A stretch of DNA of 64,000 nucleotides from positions 2,542,001 through 2,606,000 of the forward strand of contig OZ218963.1 of NCBI GenBank assembly GCA_965112735.1, written 5' to 3'. The DNA is from Phaeosaccion multiseriatum (lineage: Eukaryota > Protista > Ochrophyta, other classes). A program made the position numbers and the translations under genes. Below are positions 1 through 9,800 of the stretch, piece by piece. Below the pieces are notes generated by a model. It was not told the DNA's origin. It did not search any database and saw nothing but the letters and a program-made list of their open reading frames with translations. Each line of letters opens with the position of its first letter. The stretch's first letter is position 1.

Positions 1-224
1 TTCTTGAACTTGTCGGGCCCGTCGGTTCGGATGTGTCCGACGTAGTCCCTCAGCATCCTCCACACGTCGAAGCTGTTCTGGGAGTACTTGAACATGACGG
101 GCTTCGTCTCGCCGCATCGGACAATCTCGAATATGAGGGAGAGGTTGTAGCCCAGGACCTTCTCGCGTTCAGAGAGAACGAGTACCGCGATCTCGGTCGG
201 GGATTTACCTCGCACATCAATCAT
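1..224 (-). CDS. Hypothetical protein, runs off the left edge (MIDVRGKSPTEIAVLVLSEREKVLGYNL...)
   Basis: ATG at 224 on the minus strand, open to position 1, with an AT-rich upstream region. Not in the ORF track because there is no stop in the window. Confidence 0.55.
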   Translation of the reverse strand, partial: MIDVRGKSPTEIAVLVLSEREKVLGYNLSLIFEIVRCGETKPVMFKYSQNSFDVWRMLRDYVGHIRTDGPDKFK

Positions 225-360
225 GATGCGGTGCAAACAAAATGGAATCTCAAGTATGTTTTGTTCTAAACACAAGCACTGAGCTTGCAGCCTATATTAC
301 ACACTTTAAGTTTGCGTTTCCTGACATCTAAACAGAATTCCCATGGTCATCGGCCGTTTT

Positions 361-900
361 CTAATACTCACTGTCCACGAACGATTTCATCATTGATTTC
401 GACGCGTAGTCCACTTCGTCGAGGTCGTTTTTACACAGATGTTGGCGTTTCCTTGTAGGAATTTCCGTGTCATGACGTTCGAAGAATAGATCATTGAATG
501 TCCATCGTGAACTAGAGGGAAGGAGCCATGCATCTCCCCACACGGCGACGTTCACTTGGTTACTGTCGGCCGATTCCACCGGGTCGATTGTCGTCACCAT
601 GACGTAAGCAGAAGGTGAATTCTCCGAGAATATCGTGTGTTGTTCACCGGGTCGAATCTGTATACGCGAGAAAATCGTGTGCCTCGAAGGACTATGAAGT
701 GGCGGCTTTGGTCTCACACAGATCGAAATGGTCCTATTCGAGAGGTTTTGAAAGTGAAAATATCCACTCCCTTGGAGAGTCTTTGTCATCTCTTCACCTC
801 TTGTCAATAGAGAAGGTTCGAGTTTCTCATCATGAGGGTCGCGGGGTGTGCTACACTCCGTCATTTTCTGTTTGACAAGGGGATACATATACAGGCACAT
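361..900 (-). CDS. Hypothetical protein
   Basis: 179-aa intronless ORF flanked by AT-rich spacers. Confidence 0.55.
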   Translation of the reverse strand: MCLYMYPLVKQKMTECSTPRDPHDEKLEPSLLTRGEEMTKTLQGSGYFHFQNLSNRTISICVRPKPPLHSPSRHTIFSRIQIRPGEQHTIFSENSPSAYVMVTTIDPVESADSNQVNVAVWGDAWLLPSSSRWTFNDLFFERHDTEIPTRKRQHLCKNDLDEVDYASKSMMKSFVDSEY

Positions 901-1203
901 ATATTGAGGCCCAAAATATACACTTTAAATTCTCCTGGTCACAGTTTAATCATAACGTTTTCTCCAAGGTCTCTTGTGATGATAGCGTATAACGATCGAC
1001 TTCCGTCGGGTTTGTAGGGAGGGTGTGGTACATTGTCAACTAGACTTTCGTATTCTTCGCCTATTAATTAAGTGAGTTTTCTCACAGAAATCTCAGAACT
1101 GACTAGGAGTATGTATGATGAGGATAAAAAAATTGGGAATATACAAATAGGAGTTGCTCGTTTGAACATTTTTTTATGTGTTCATCACGTAAATGCGCAC
1201 GGA

Positions 1204-2604
1204 ATGTCCCTCGGTGCGACAATCCGTTTCCCCTTTCGAGGGCCCATACCATTGCCTGTAGACGGGGGGATGGTGTACAACTTCTTCGAGCGCATCTCTG
1301 ACACTCCGCAGACCGGGGAGATCGACCGCCATATTCAAAATCAGTGGACGTATTTCCCCGAGTATGTGGAGGACGAGGTATACGGCAAGGTTCTTCTCTG
1401 CGGGGAGAGGTCGATGTTCGCGGATGAAAACGGGGTCACGAAAAATGACTTAGACTCTTCGATATCTATTTGGATCCACATTGGAGAGGAGGACCAGCGA
1501 GGTGCGATACTGTCATCAAGTGTAGGAAATGATCGCCATTCTGTGCTTTTGGAAATGTCAAAAACGGGAGAAGAAGTTTGGTTCGCGGTCAGATCGACTG
1601 ACAAAACCTCTGCGGGAAGGGTTGCGGACAAGGCAAAGAAAACCGTATCCTATAACTTGTCGGGTTGGACGCACATTTCGTTACAGCGGGGTGCATCGGC
1701 GTCAAGTTTTGCGATGTACGTGAACGGGAAGGCCGTAAACATGGTGTTAGACCAAGCATTAGTCGGTTTCTCGGGACGCAAAATGGATCGACTTGGCTCG
1801 GCGGGATTTGGGAGGGCCCACTTCAAGGGCAAGGTTACAGACTACAGGATATACGACTTTATTCTGGCCGAACAAGACGTGGTCAATCTGTACGCTGAGG
1901 GTCCCAATCCGGACTCGCGACCCGATGCGGCGTCGGACACGGTCCCGGGCCTCATCTCCATCGCCGACCATGACAAGGGCTCCGCCGGGATTAGCGTGAA
2001 TGTGGCTACAAACGGGGATGGGGAAATATACATGGTGCAATGTCGAACGGAGGAGGACCCCGTGCAGATAGATAACGAGTTCGTGTTCTCGGACAACACC
2101 ACGCAGAACGTCGTGTTTTCCGGGCTACGTCCAGACACGACCTACACGGTTTCCATCTCCCCCAGTCCCCCGCTGGTGAAGACAGTCATTGTTTTCTCGA
2201 ACGGTAAATCCAACCTTCACTTCGCAGAAATACAGGCCCTGGGCTCGGACAACCACAACTATTCTCTGGACGATGGCGTGGAGGTGTACCAGACCACGGT
2301 GGGATCCGAGGGCGTTGCTTCGAGAGCTATCGACGGGAATACCAGCGGAACTTACACGCAAGGATCTGTCACACATACCTCCGGGGGACGCATGACTACT
2401 GACGGAAAGCCCCTAAACTACTTTCGCCTCGATTTCCCCGACCCCGTGCCCGTGGACCGTTTCGTTATATACAACAGGACTGACAATCAAACTTCATTGA
2501 ACAAACTTTCAGGCGCATTTGTCAAAGTGTTTGGTACTCAAAGAGAAGAAATTGCTTCTGAAAAACTGACAAATGCCAGAACACAGACGGTCTCTCTGGC
2601 TTGA
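1204..2604 (+). CDS. LamG/concanavalin-A-like + FN3-like + F-type lectin (FTP/F5-8-like) protein
   Basis: LamG motifs (WTHISL, MYVNGK, FKGKVTDYRIYD); FN3-like FSGLRPDTTYTVSI; fucolectin-like ASRAIDGNT..VTHT..IYNRTD. ATG 1204 is the likely start; the ORF is open from 1072. Confidence 0.7.
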   Translation: MSLGATIRFPFRGPIPLPVDGGMVYNFFERISDTPQTGEIDRHIQNQWTYFPEYVEDEVYGKVLLCGERSMFADENGVTKNDLDSSISIWIHIGEEDQRGAILSSSVGNDRHSVLLEMSKTGEEVWFAVRSTDKTSAGRVADKAKKTVSYNLSGWTHISLQRGASASSFAMYVNGKAVNMVLDQALVGFSGRKMDRLGSAGFGRAHFKGKVTDYRIYDFILAEQDVVNLYAEGPNPDSRPDAASDTVPGLISIADHDKGSAGISVNVATNGDGEIYMVQCRTEEDPVQIDNEFVFSDNTTQNVVFSGLRPDTTYTVSISPSPPLVKTVIVFSNGKSNLHFAEIQALGSDNHNYSLDDGVEVYQTTVGSEGVASRAIDGNTSGTYTQGSVTHTSGGRMTTDGKPLNYFRLDFPDPVPVDRFVIYNRTDNQTSLNKLSGAFVKVFGTQREEIASEKLTNARTQTVSLA

Positions 2605-2676
2605 TCAACGCGTTTAATTACTTTGCTTTTCGAATGCGTAAAATAAGGATAAAAATGTTTAATAAAGTATTAAAGT

Positions 2677-2934
2677 ATGGAGACCGTCGCGTTGAAGGCG
2701 GCCGAAACAGTTGCGACGACCGCTGCTGGGGACATAACGACGAGCATCGCTGACGACGGGATAAAGGCGGCCGAGGAAGACAGTCAACAGAAGACGACCA
2801 GTCTCCTCAAGCAAATTGCCGCGAAGTCGCTTGTTCTACTTTGCCTCTTCGCACTCTCCTTGTTCGCAAGGTTTCTCTATAATAAACGGCCCTTCTCGAA
2901 GAAAATTGGTGCGCAGGGGTCGCCAGATTTATAA
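2677..2934 (+). CDS. Small membrane protein
   Basis: 85 aa with one hydrophobic segment; AT-rich upstream region. Confidence 0.55.
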   Translation: METVALKAAETVATTAAGDITTSIADDGIKAAEEDSQQKTTSLLKQIAAKSLVLLCLFALSLFARFLYNKRPFSKKIGAQGSPDL

Positions 2935-2950
2935 TGTCATTTCATAGCAA

Positions 2951-3313
2951 ATGAGCATTGATTGGAACTCGCACTTACTCAAGGAGTTCTGCTATCGAGC
3001 GTTCGTGACCTCCGTGTACGACGGGGACACGATTACATGCGACATAGACCTCGGATTCGGGATCTTTGCGACAAAGCAGAAAATTCGGATGTTTGGCATC
3101 AACACAGAGGAGATTCGCGGGGAAAACAGGGAAGATGGATTGGTAGCGAGAGATTTTCTCAGAGAAAAAATACTCGACAAGGAGATTATCATATATACAC
3201 TCAAGGACAAAAAGGGAAAATATGGACGAATGTTAGGAGTTGTTTTTCTTCGAGGAGAAAATATCAACAATCTGATCGTCGATGAGGGATTGTCGCAAAT
3301 TGTTTTATATTGA
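2951..3313 (+). CDS. Staphylococcal nuclease-like (thermonuclease/SNase) protein
   Basis: Motifs VYDGDT, IRMFGINTEE, GKYGRMLG and NINNLIVDEG. Confidence 0.85.
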   Translation: MSIDWNSHLLKEFCYRAFVTSVYDGDTITCDIDLGFGIFATKQKIRMFGINTEEIRGENREDGLVARDFLREKILDKEIIIYTLKDKKGKYGRMLGVVFLRGENINNLIVDEGLSQIVLY

Positions 3314-3376
3314 GTCGACAAACTCTAACTATAATAAAAATCGACTCTATAACTATCACAGATTAAATCAATCTCT

Positions 3377-3979
3377 TCACGGGGTAGCGATGTCATCACT
3401 TCCTTCTAGTAAATGAAGTAACTTCCAGGAAAGAGTTCGAAGAAACTCGGTTGCGCCTTCATGGTTGGTGCTGATCTGAGCCATTTTTCGGACTAGTTCC
3501 TGGTGTGCTTTTTCGACCTTACTCTTATCAATATCGAAGTTTGTTCTCGCTCTCTCATTTGTGTTTTGCGCCACAATGTATTTCACCATGCTATCTGCAG
3601 ACGAGAAGGGCATTTTGTCGCATCGGGCGTGGTGGGAAATATATGAAATTTGGAAATAAAGCCAGACAAGGTCGACGGCTGTAGATTTGTCGATGTTGAA
3701 TATGGTCGACAGTTTTTCAGATAGATGTAACAGTGTTCTTGATACAAGAGGTGATTCCTCGTAGATATTGATGACAGGTGTTAAATCTTTTGAGACGATT
3801 ATGAACTGTATCAGAACGTCTTTGTAGAACCCCGCCGCGCTCGGATTTGAACACGACTTTAAATACTGTACCGTGTCCTCTTCAGACTTCGGAAGAGAGG
3901 GGAGGTCTTCTTCGGACGTACTTAGATGAATACTCCCCCTATTCTTTTTCATCGTGAACACAGACCCGGAGTTTCCCAT
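3377..3979 (-). CDS. Hypothetical protein, possible N-myristoylation (MGNSGS)
   Basis: 200-aa intronless ORF. Confidence 0.6.
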   Translation of the reverse strand: MGNSGSVFTMKKNRGSIHLSTSEEDLPSLPKSEEDTVQYLKSCSNPSAAGFYKDVLIQFIIVSKDLTPVINIYEESPLVSRTLLHLSEKLSTIFNIDKSTAVDLVWLYFQISYISHHARCDKMPFSSADSMVKYIVAQNTNERARTNFDIDKSKVEKAHQELVRKMAQISTNHEGATEFLRTLSWKLLHLLEGSDDIATP

Positions 3980-4042
3980 TTTTCAGTTCATATCAAAGAA
4001 AAACAAAACAATTATACAAAACAACATGAACCACCAACCTGA

Positions 4043-4208
4043 AATTCGAATTCGGACCCAGGTCCTCGACGAAATGGATTTCTGAAAATATTATTTTTCG
4101 AAAACGAAATCGAAAAGCAATCGAGTTGCGATGCCACTCGAAAACTTTCACAGAAAAATATAATTCTCAAAATCCATTTCGTCGAGGACCTGGGTCCGAA
4201 TTCGAATT
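4043..4208. repeat. ~166-bp hairpin element, copy 1
   Basis: aattcgaattcggacccaggtcctcgacgaaatggatt (4043-4080) is the perfect reverse complement of 4171-4208. Confidence 0.9.
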
Positions 4209-4282
4209 AAAGATCATTCGCCCACGCCCTTAAATCTTCAATATCCGCGTGTTTTTTTTGTCTTACGAGGTCAGATGAGGCA

Positions 4283-5941
4283 ATGTCCATGTTGATTACG
4301 GATGTCACGATCAACGCGTCTCTCGATTGCAACCTAGGCCAGATGGAGGACGTGGACACAACTGGGGGCCAGGACCACGGCCTCGTCGTGACGTACAACG
4401 ACTCCACCGAGGACCCGGCCTACCCCACGGGCTTCGTGGCCAAGCGCCTCGAGTTCGACGAGTTGACCGACGCCATACCGGACACCGTACCCGAACACAA
4501 CCAGCTCCTGACCTACAACGACACCACTGTCGACTCTTCAAAGGGAACGGGTTGGATCAACAAGTCGCTCTCCACGGACATGTTCGACAGCGGCTTCTTC
4601 ACGACGATCCGCACGCTAGCGGAGGGGATCGTGGGGGTGGCGGACGCGAAAAGAGTGGGGGAGACCGGTAACCCCGCGCTCACAGCGGTCGCCATGATGA
4701 CCGCGAGTATTGGGTCAGGGGGGTTTACATCTACTTTATGTAGTACAGGGAATTTCAACCCGATCTATAAAAAGGAGCCATCTGAAGCCGATTTCACTTT
4801 CCTGCAAACGCTCGACTTGGGCCAGACGTTGAACACAACCTTCCCTGCAGGGACCGTGTTCAAGAGCGGGAAGGGCTTGTATGGTCTGAGCGGCCCTTAT
4901 CCCTTCCCCCTAGGGGTGGAATCTTTTTCCTCAACGTACTTCCGATTTTACGCTTTGCGCGGCACGGTACAAGTCAAGTTCGTCGCTTCCGCATTAGACG
5001 CCACAGTTACTTTGTATGCATCGGATGGAGTCACGGTCGTTGATGGTCCAGTTATTGTAGATGCGTATGGGTCAGGGGAACTTACCTGCAATGCCAACAC
5101 GGAATTCGTTGTAGAATCGTCTGCTTCAATTTTTTGCGCCACTTCAGACACATCCAATCGAGATCTGATGTGTTTACTTCCCCCTACAAACGAGATTATA
5201 GGATGGAACAGGCGTGCACGAGTCGTTTCCACGGAGTCAAACACCATTGTTAGGTGGTATCGGAGAAACATGGAAACGGGATCATTTACATGTAATGCCG
5301 GAACACCTGTCCGCCTCGACAACGGGACAATCAACGAAGATTCGGGCGCGACGAATGTCAACGCTGGATCAAATGTCGACTATGAACCCGACGGATGTCT
5401 CATCCTCCGATCAGACAAACCTATCTTCTGCTTTAGCGGCGCTGATTCAGTCGGAAGCGAGAGTACACCCCATATGCCTCTAAATCAGCTGGGACAACTT
5501 TTTCCCTGTGCCATGTATTTAGATGATAACGCGGATTACGGGAGATCATCGATCACAATCGCCTCCCCTTATGAGGGCACGGCGAGGGTTTACGACGCAA
5601 CGAACACACTTGTCACCGAGTTTGCCTACACGAGAGGCACCTCCCCTGCGACTACCGCCCAGATCCAAGAATTTCCTGCAAGTGCCCAGTGGAATCCGTC
5701 GGAACTGGGCACCGGGTCCAGCTTCGGACACGGGGGATACATCCGCACATCTTCCCCCGCGTATTGCGTTATAAACGCAAACGGAAGTCCTTCAGACTGG
5801 GTGGAAGACGCGGGAGATGAAATAATGGTAGTTGGGACAACTCCGGAAGAGTACAGAGCTGTAATTCGTCGAGATGCGTCGGGCTTGCTGAGAAGGAGGG
5901 ACATCGGCACAAATGGAGTCCAAACGTGGACGATTTGTTGA
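4283..5941 (+). CDS. Fibre/adhesin-like protein (tail-fibre-like N-terminal repeats, beta-rich IgGFc-binding-like C-terminus)
   Basis: Two L..DV/D...LxYND...GF/W repeats; ILRSDKPIFCFSG motif; 552 aa, intronless. Confidence 0.5.
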   Translation: MSMLITDVTINASLDCNLGQMEDVDTTGGQDHGLVVTYNDSTEDPAYPTGFVAKRLEFDELTDAIPDTVPEHNQLLTYNDTTVDSSKGTGWINKSLSTDMFDSGFFTTIRTLAEGIVGVADAKRVGETGNPALTAVAMMTASIGSGGFTSTLCSTGNFNPIYKKEPSEADFTFLQTLDLGQTLNTTFPAGTVFKSGKGLYGLSGPYPFPLGVESFSSTYFRFYALRGTVQVKFVASALDATVTLYASDGVTVVDGPVIVDAYGSGELTCNANTEFVVESSASIFCATSDTSNRDLMCLLPPTNEIIGWNRRARVVSTESNTIVRWYRRNMETGSFTCNAGTPVRLDNGTINEDSGATNVNAGSNVDYEPDGCLILRSDKPIFCFSGADSVGSESTPHMPLNQLGQLFPCAMYLDDNADYGRSSITIASPYEGTARVYDATNTLVTEFAYTRGTSPATTAQIQEFPASAQWNPSELGTGSSFGHGGYIRTSSPAYCVINANGSPSDWVEDAGDEIMVVGTTPEEYRAVIRRDASGLLRRRDIGTNGVQTWTIC

Positions 5942-6423
5942 TAGTGTGCGTTTATTAGATTCCTTACGAGGTGTCGGACCAACGATTCGGGGTGAGCGAG
6001 ACGGAAATGTCTCAAGTCTCGAAACTTTTCCATGTACCCCCTGGGTCTAGGTCGGGTTTTCTTCTCATCACAAACAAACCTACAAGTCAACCATTTTACA
6101 GTGGTCAAAGGTATGTCTCAGTCGCATTTCAGAGAGTGGTGAACTGATACCAGAGTTTTCTTTATATATATGAATACCTTCATTTGCGTTTGTAGGGGAG
6201 GATTTTTTGGCTTCTGGTAGAAAAATGTGATTGATACGTCGTATTTAAAATGTTTGTTTTGGGAAACTAGAATCCCCCTTTTGGAACAAAACGAGTTCTC
6301 GGCATTAAACACGCTGGGGTAGAGTACGAAGGCTCCCATATCCTTTTGAGTCGCGATAATGTCCTCAAAACTTTACATAAGACGATTAAAAAATAAAACC
6401 TACATGTATAGCAGGTGATCTTA

Positions 6424-6588
6424 AATTCGAATTCAGACCCAGGTCCTCGACGAGATGGGTTTCTAAAATTATATTTTCTGTGAACGATTTCAAGCTGATT
6501 TACAACTTGACCCCATCTTAGATTCTTTTTCAAAAACATGTAATTTCAGAAATCCATTTCGTCGAGGATCTGGGTCTGAATTCGAATT
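6424..6588. repeat. ~165-bp hairpin element, copy 2
   Basis: Same arms as 4043-4208 with a few substitutions and a different loop. Confidence 0.9.
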
Positions 6589-6831
6589 AAAGTTCACCCG
6601 TTTTTTTGATCGACCTTAAGTTTCCATGTCCTTCAGTTTCCATCACTGGTCTCTCTGGGAAAGGGGATATTGACCTTCTGTCTCTCACTGCGTTGACCCT
6701 GACTCACCCTACTCGCAGAAGGTATAAGCGCCCACCCAACCGGATGTTCGATGCCACTGAATGCCGAAGGTAAGTCATAGTTATTAGCTTAGTGTACAAG
6801 ACGAAGGCTCCTCCGCAGGTTCGGACCCTCC

Positions 6832-9800
6832 TCATTGCTCCTTGCTCTTCGAAGACCGCCTCCTCACATACAGCATACGACCACCCCACAACACAACAAG
6901 CACAACCAGGGCAATCACACAGCCAACCAGCGGTGTATACTTGAAAGAACCCCCTAACAGCGCGACAACAGAAGACAAAATTTCCCCAAGCACCGGTCCA
7001 AGGATGGCGGTAAAGCTTGCTGCGTTGTACGCTTCTCCCCTATGGCTGTAACAGCGCTGCCAGGGCTTGGATGTGTACCATGTGTACCAGCGACCCCAAG
7101 ACCCTGGCGGTGACGCTTGACTTCGGCCGTCCACATCCTGTCGAGAGGATTGGATTCGATCCAAGCGGCGGGACGGGACGGGGGAGAATGCATCATCGAA
7201 GGGAGTCTTCACCCGTTTCGCCCACTGCACACGGTATCGTACAAGTAAAGTAACAATATCACACGTCTCCATCGTGGAGGGAAGGACGGGGCAGGGGCCA
7301 AAAACTTACCTGTTTGCAACGTTTCCAATGATTGCACCTCTCCTCCTTCTGCCGTTCCTCCTCTTTGTTCTCCTCGACAAGCTGATTCTTCCAGACCCCC
7401 TCGAATGCTGTCTCCGAGCTGCTTTGGGCATTTTCCAGCTCCGGCGCTTCAAACATCCTGTCCACCTGGATATTAGCGTTTCCCAGTGCCATCCACGAGT
7501 CTTCCTTGTGGTGATGACAGGAACCAGAACACCCGAATCCTTTCGGGTTGAGGCTTCCAAGTGTCTTCTTGTCACGACTGAATCTGGGCCAGGAATCCTA
7601 AAAGGAACGAAAAAAATTGAACGTCAGCACAGAAGCCCGCCACCTATCAGGCAGTCACTTCACAAACAGAAGGAGATTCCTCTTACCTCCCACAAAAGAA
7701 CTGTCTCCAAGGAGCAAAACGGACAAGTGAGACGACATCCTCCGCACTCATGTGCAACGTCCCTCAAGACTTCACGCGTCGTCCCCAACATGAAGCCAAG
7801 GGCGCTCGCCGCCACACTCCCATTGCCCAAGGCTACCTTCGGATCCCCAAAGGAAGCAAGGATCAGCTTTCTCTCTCCGACGTCGTAGTTTACGTAGGCC
7901 CTAAAGGGAGAACCAGTGTAGGCCCGCACCGGTGCCAGCCAAGCCCCAGTCTTCCAACGCAAAAAGGTGTCACCAAGCTTAGCCTTCACCAGCGCGCTCA
8001 CAAGGGACCCGATCTTCCAAGAGGGAGGATGGTGTTTCCACTCCAATGTAACCCTCAGCTCCCACCTCTTGAATGCTTTTGCCCATTCGACTGCTTGCTC
8101 TCGCTGACGGCAGCCCTCTCCGCCAGGAATGCTCTCATCTGGTATTCTGAGGGTGATCTGATAGTGTCGGCCGCCATCCTCCAAACTCTCCACCGGAAAC
8201 AGGATGCCTAGATCTTCGAGCTTCTCAAGGATAGCTCTAACATCGCTCTTCTCCAACACGTGGATCCCCATGTCTTCCGCCGCACGCCCCCACTTTACGA
8301 GCACACCATCCCACAACGACTTGGCGAACTCTTCGGTCAACTCTCCATTCAGCAAGTCAAGCGCTCCCTTGAAGTCGTCCATGTGCTCCTGAACCCCGCC
8401 TCGTACTTGCTCTTGCGGTGTCACCTGTCGAGATTGGCAACCGAGGAGCGATCCCATCCATGAGAATGTTATGAACCATACCGGGGGAACAGTGCCTCAC
8501 TCAGCTTGTCCAGAGAGAAAAAAAGGCACGCACCTCGCCTACCACAATCCTCTGGGCATTGCCACGTCCAGTTATGATCATCTTGTCCAATGGAGTCAGC
8601 AGCGGGCTAACGATCCGTGCGAACCAAGCCGAATCGAGAACAATGAGTGTCCTATCGTGTTCAATGTCCCCTACTACAATGAGCACAGCATTGTGGATCC
8701 TGGAAAGGAGAGAGTATATGCGAAAGCAAGGTCAGTTGTAGGCAGTTCCAAAGGGAAAGACTAGCGTTCTGAGCGACTTACATCATCCTCACGACGCAGT
8801 GCAAAACACCTTGCAAGGTAGCCGAATCACCCTCAAAAAGTGATGCCTTGTCCACCCCCAGCTCTTGCTCCTTCCCACGCAGCGTGTCGCATAGACCGTC
8901 CCACCGGGCTCGTAGCTCACCCATGGTCATGATGTAGGGAACACTGGGCCTGCTCTCTTGCGGTGCTGTGGATGAAGATGACAACGCCTTGATGACTGTG
9001 TTGCACAAGACTTCGTCTGTGGTACCTCTTAGAGAGAGAGTCTCCAGCATGATGAGGGCAGCCTGCCAAGGCACACCAACCACAAACTTCCTACAGCCCT
9101 TCGCGTACAGTTCCTCAAGGAGGGCACCCGATGGATCAAACCTACTCCACCCTTCGCTGAGGATTCCAAGAACATTCTTGTACCACGGGGCGCAGCTCAC
9201 GGGGTAGGAGGGTAGGGAGCGCATGGCATCTAGAAAGCGTTCACGTCCAGCACGAGCACGTCCATGTGCTTCTTCTTCTTCCTCTTCCCCCTCTTCGTTC
9301 TCCAGTGATATTGTGAGTATGCCAACCACGCGCTTTCGGATACGGTCGGCCTGCTCTAACACGCGTGGCACTCGTCCCCAAACGGGCACTTTGTCACACT
9401 TGGAACCAACCAGCACCAAACGAGAAGGTCCTGTCGCAACACTTTGGTACCGCAGTGTTTCTACGAAGGGTTCAACGTCGAGCCGCATTCGGTCGTCAAA
9501 GCCTTCCTCACCACCACTCTCACAAAACTCACGTGCCCTCCACAGCAACAGGTAAGTTGCGCCATCCGGACAAAAGAAGGAGTACAAGCTGCGGTACAAA
9601 ATCTGCCCCCCACAATCAAAGAATCGCATTGTGATGGGCTCATCCCTCGGTCCCGTTGCCTCCCAGGACACCATTTCAACCCCTGTAGTTGAGGGGTTTG
9701 CGCCCGTTGTGAGGGCAGCCCGTCGACATTGTAGGCTGCGAAGTAAGCTGTGCATGGGTCGGGGGTGCAGGGCGTGGGGTAAGCCTTTGGAGTCTTTGTC

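Larger units (their letters stand above)
1..6600. mobile_element. Putative endogenous giant-virus (NCLDV-like) segment, right end; boundary approximate
   Basis: Dense intronless ORFs with short AT-rich spacers, unlike the intron-rich, GC-richer host genes from 6.8 kb on. Contains a thermonuclease, a LamG protein, a fibre-like protein and dispersed hairpins. No hallmark gene (capsid, polB) in view. Confidence 0.55.

Noticed and set aside
33-269. 78-aa plus-strand ORF
   Set aside because: Probably the shadow of the minus-strand gene starting at 224.
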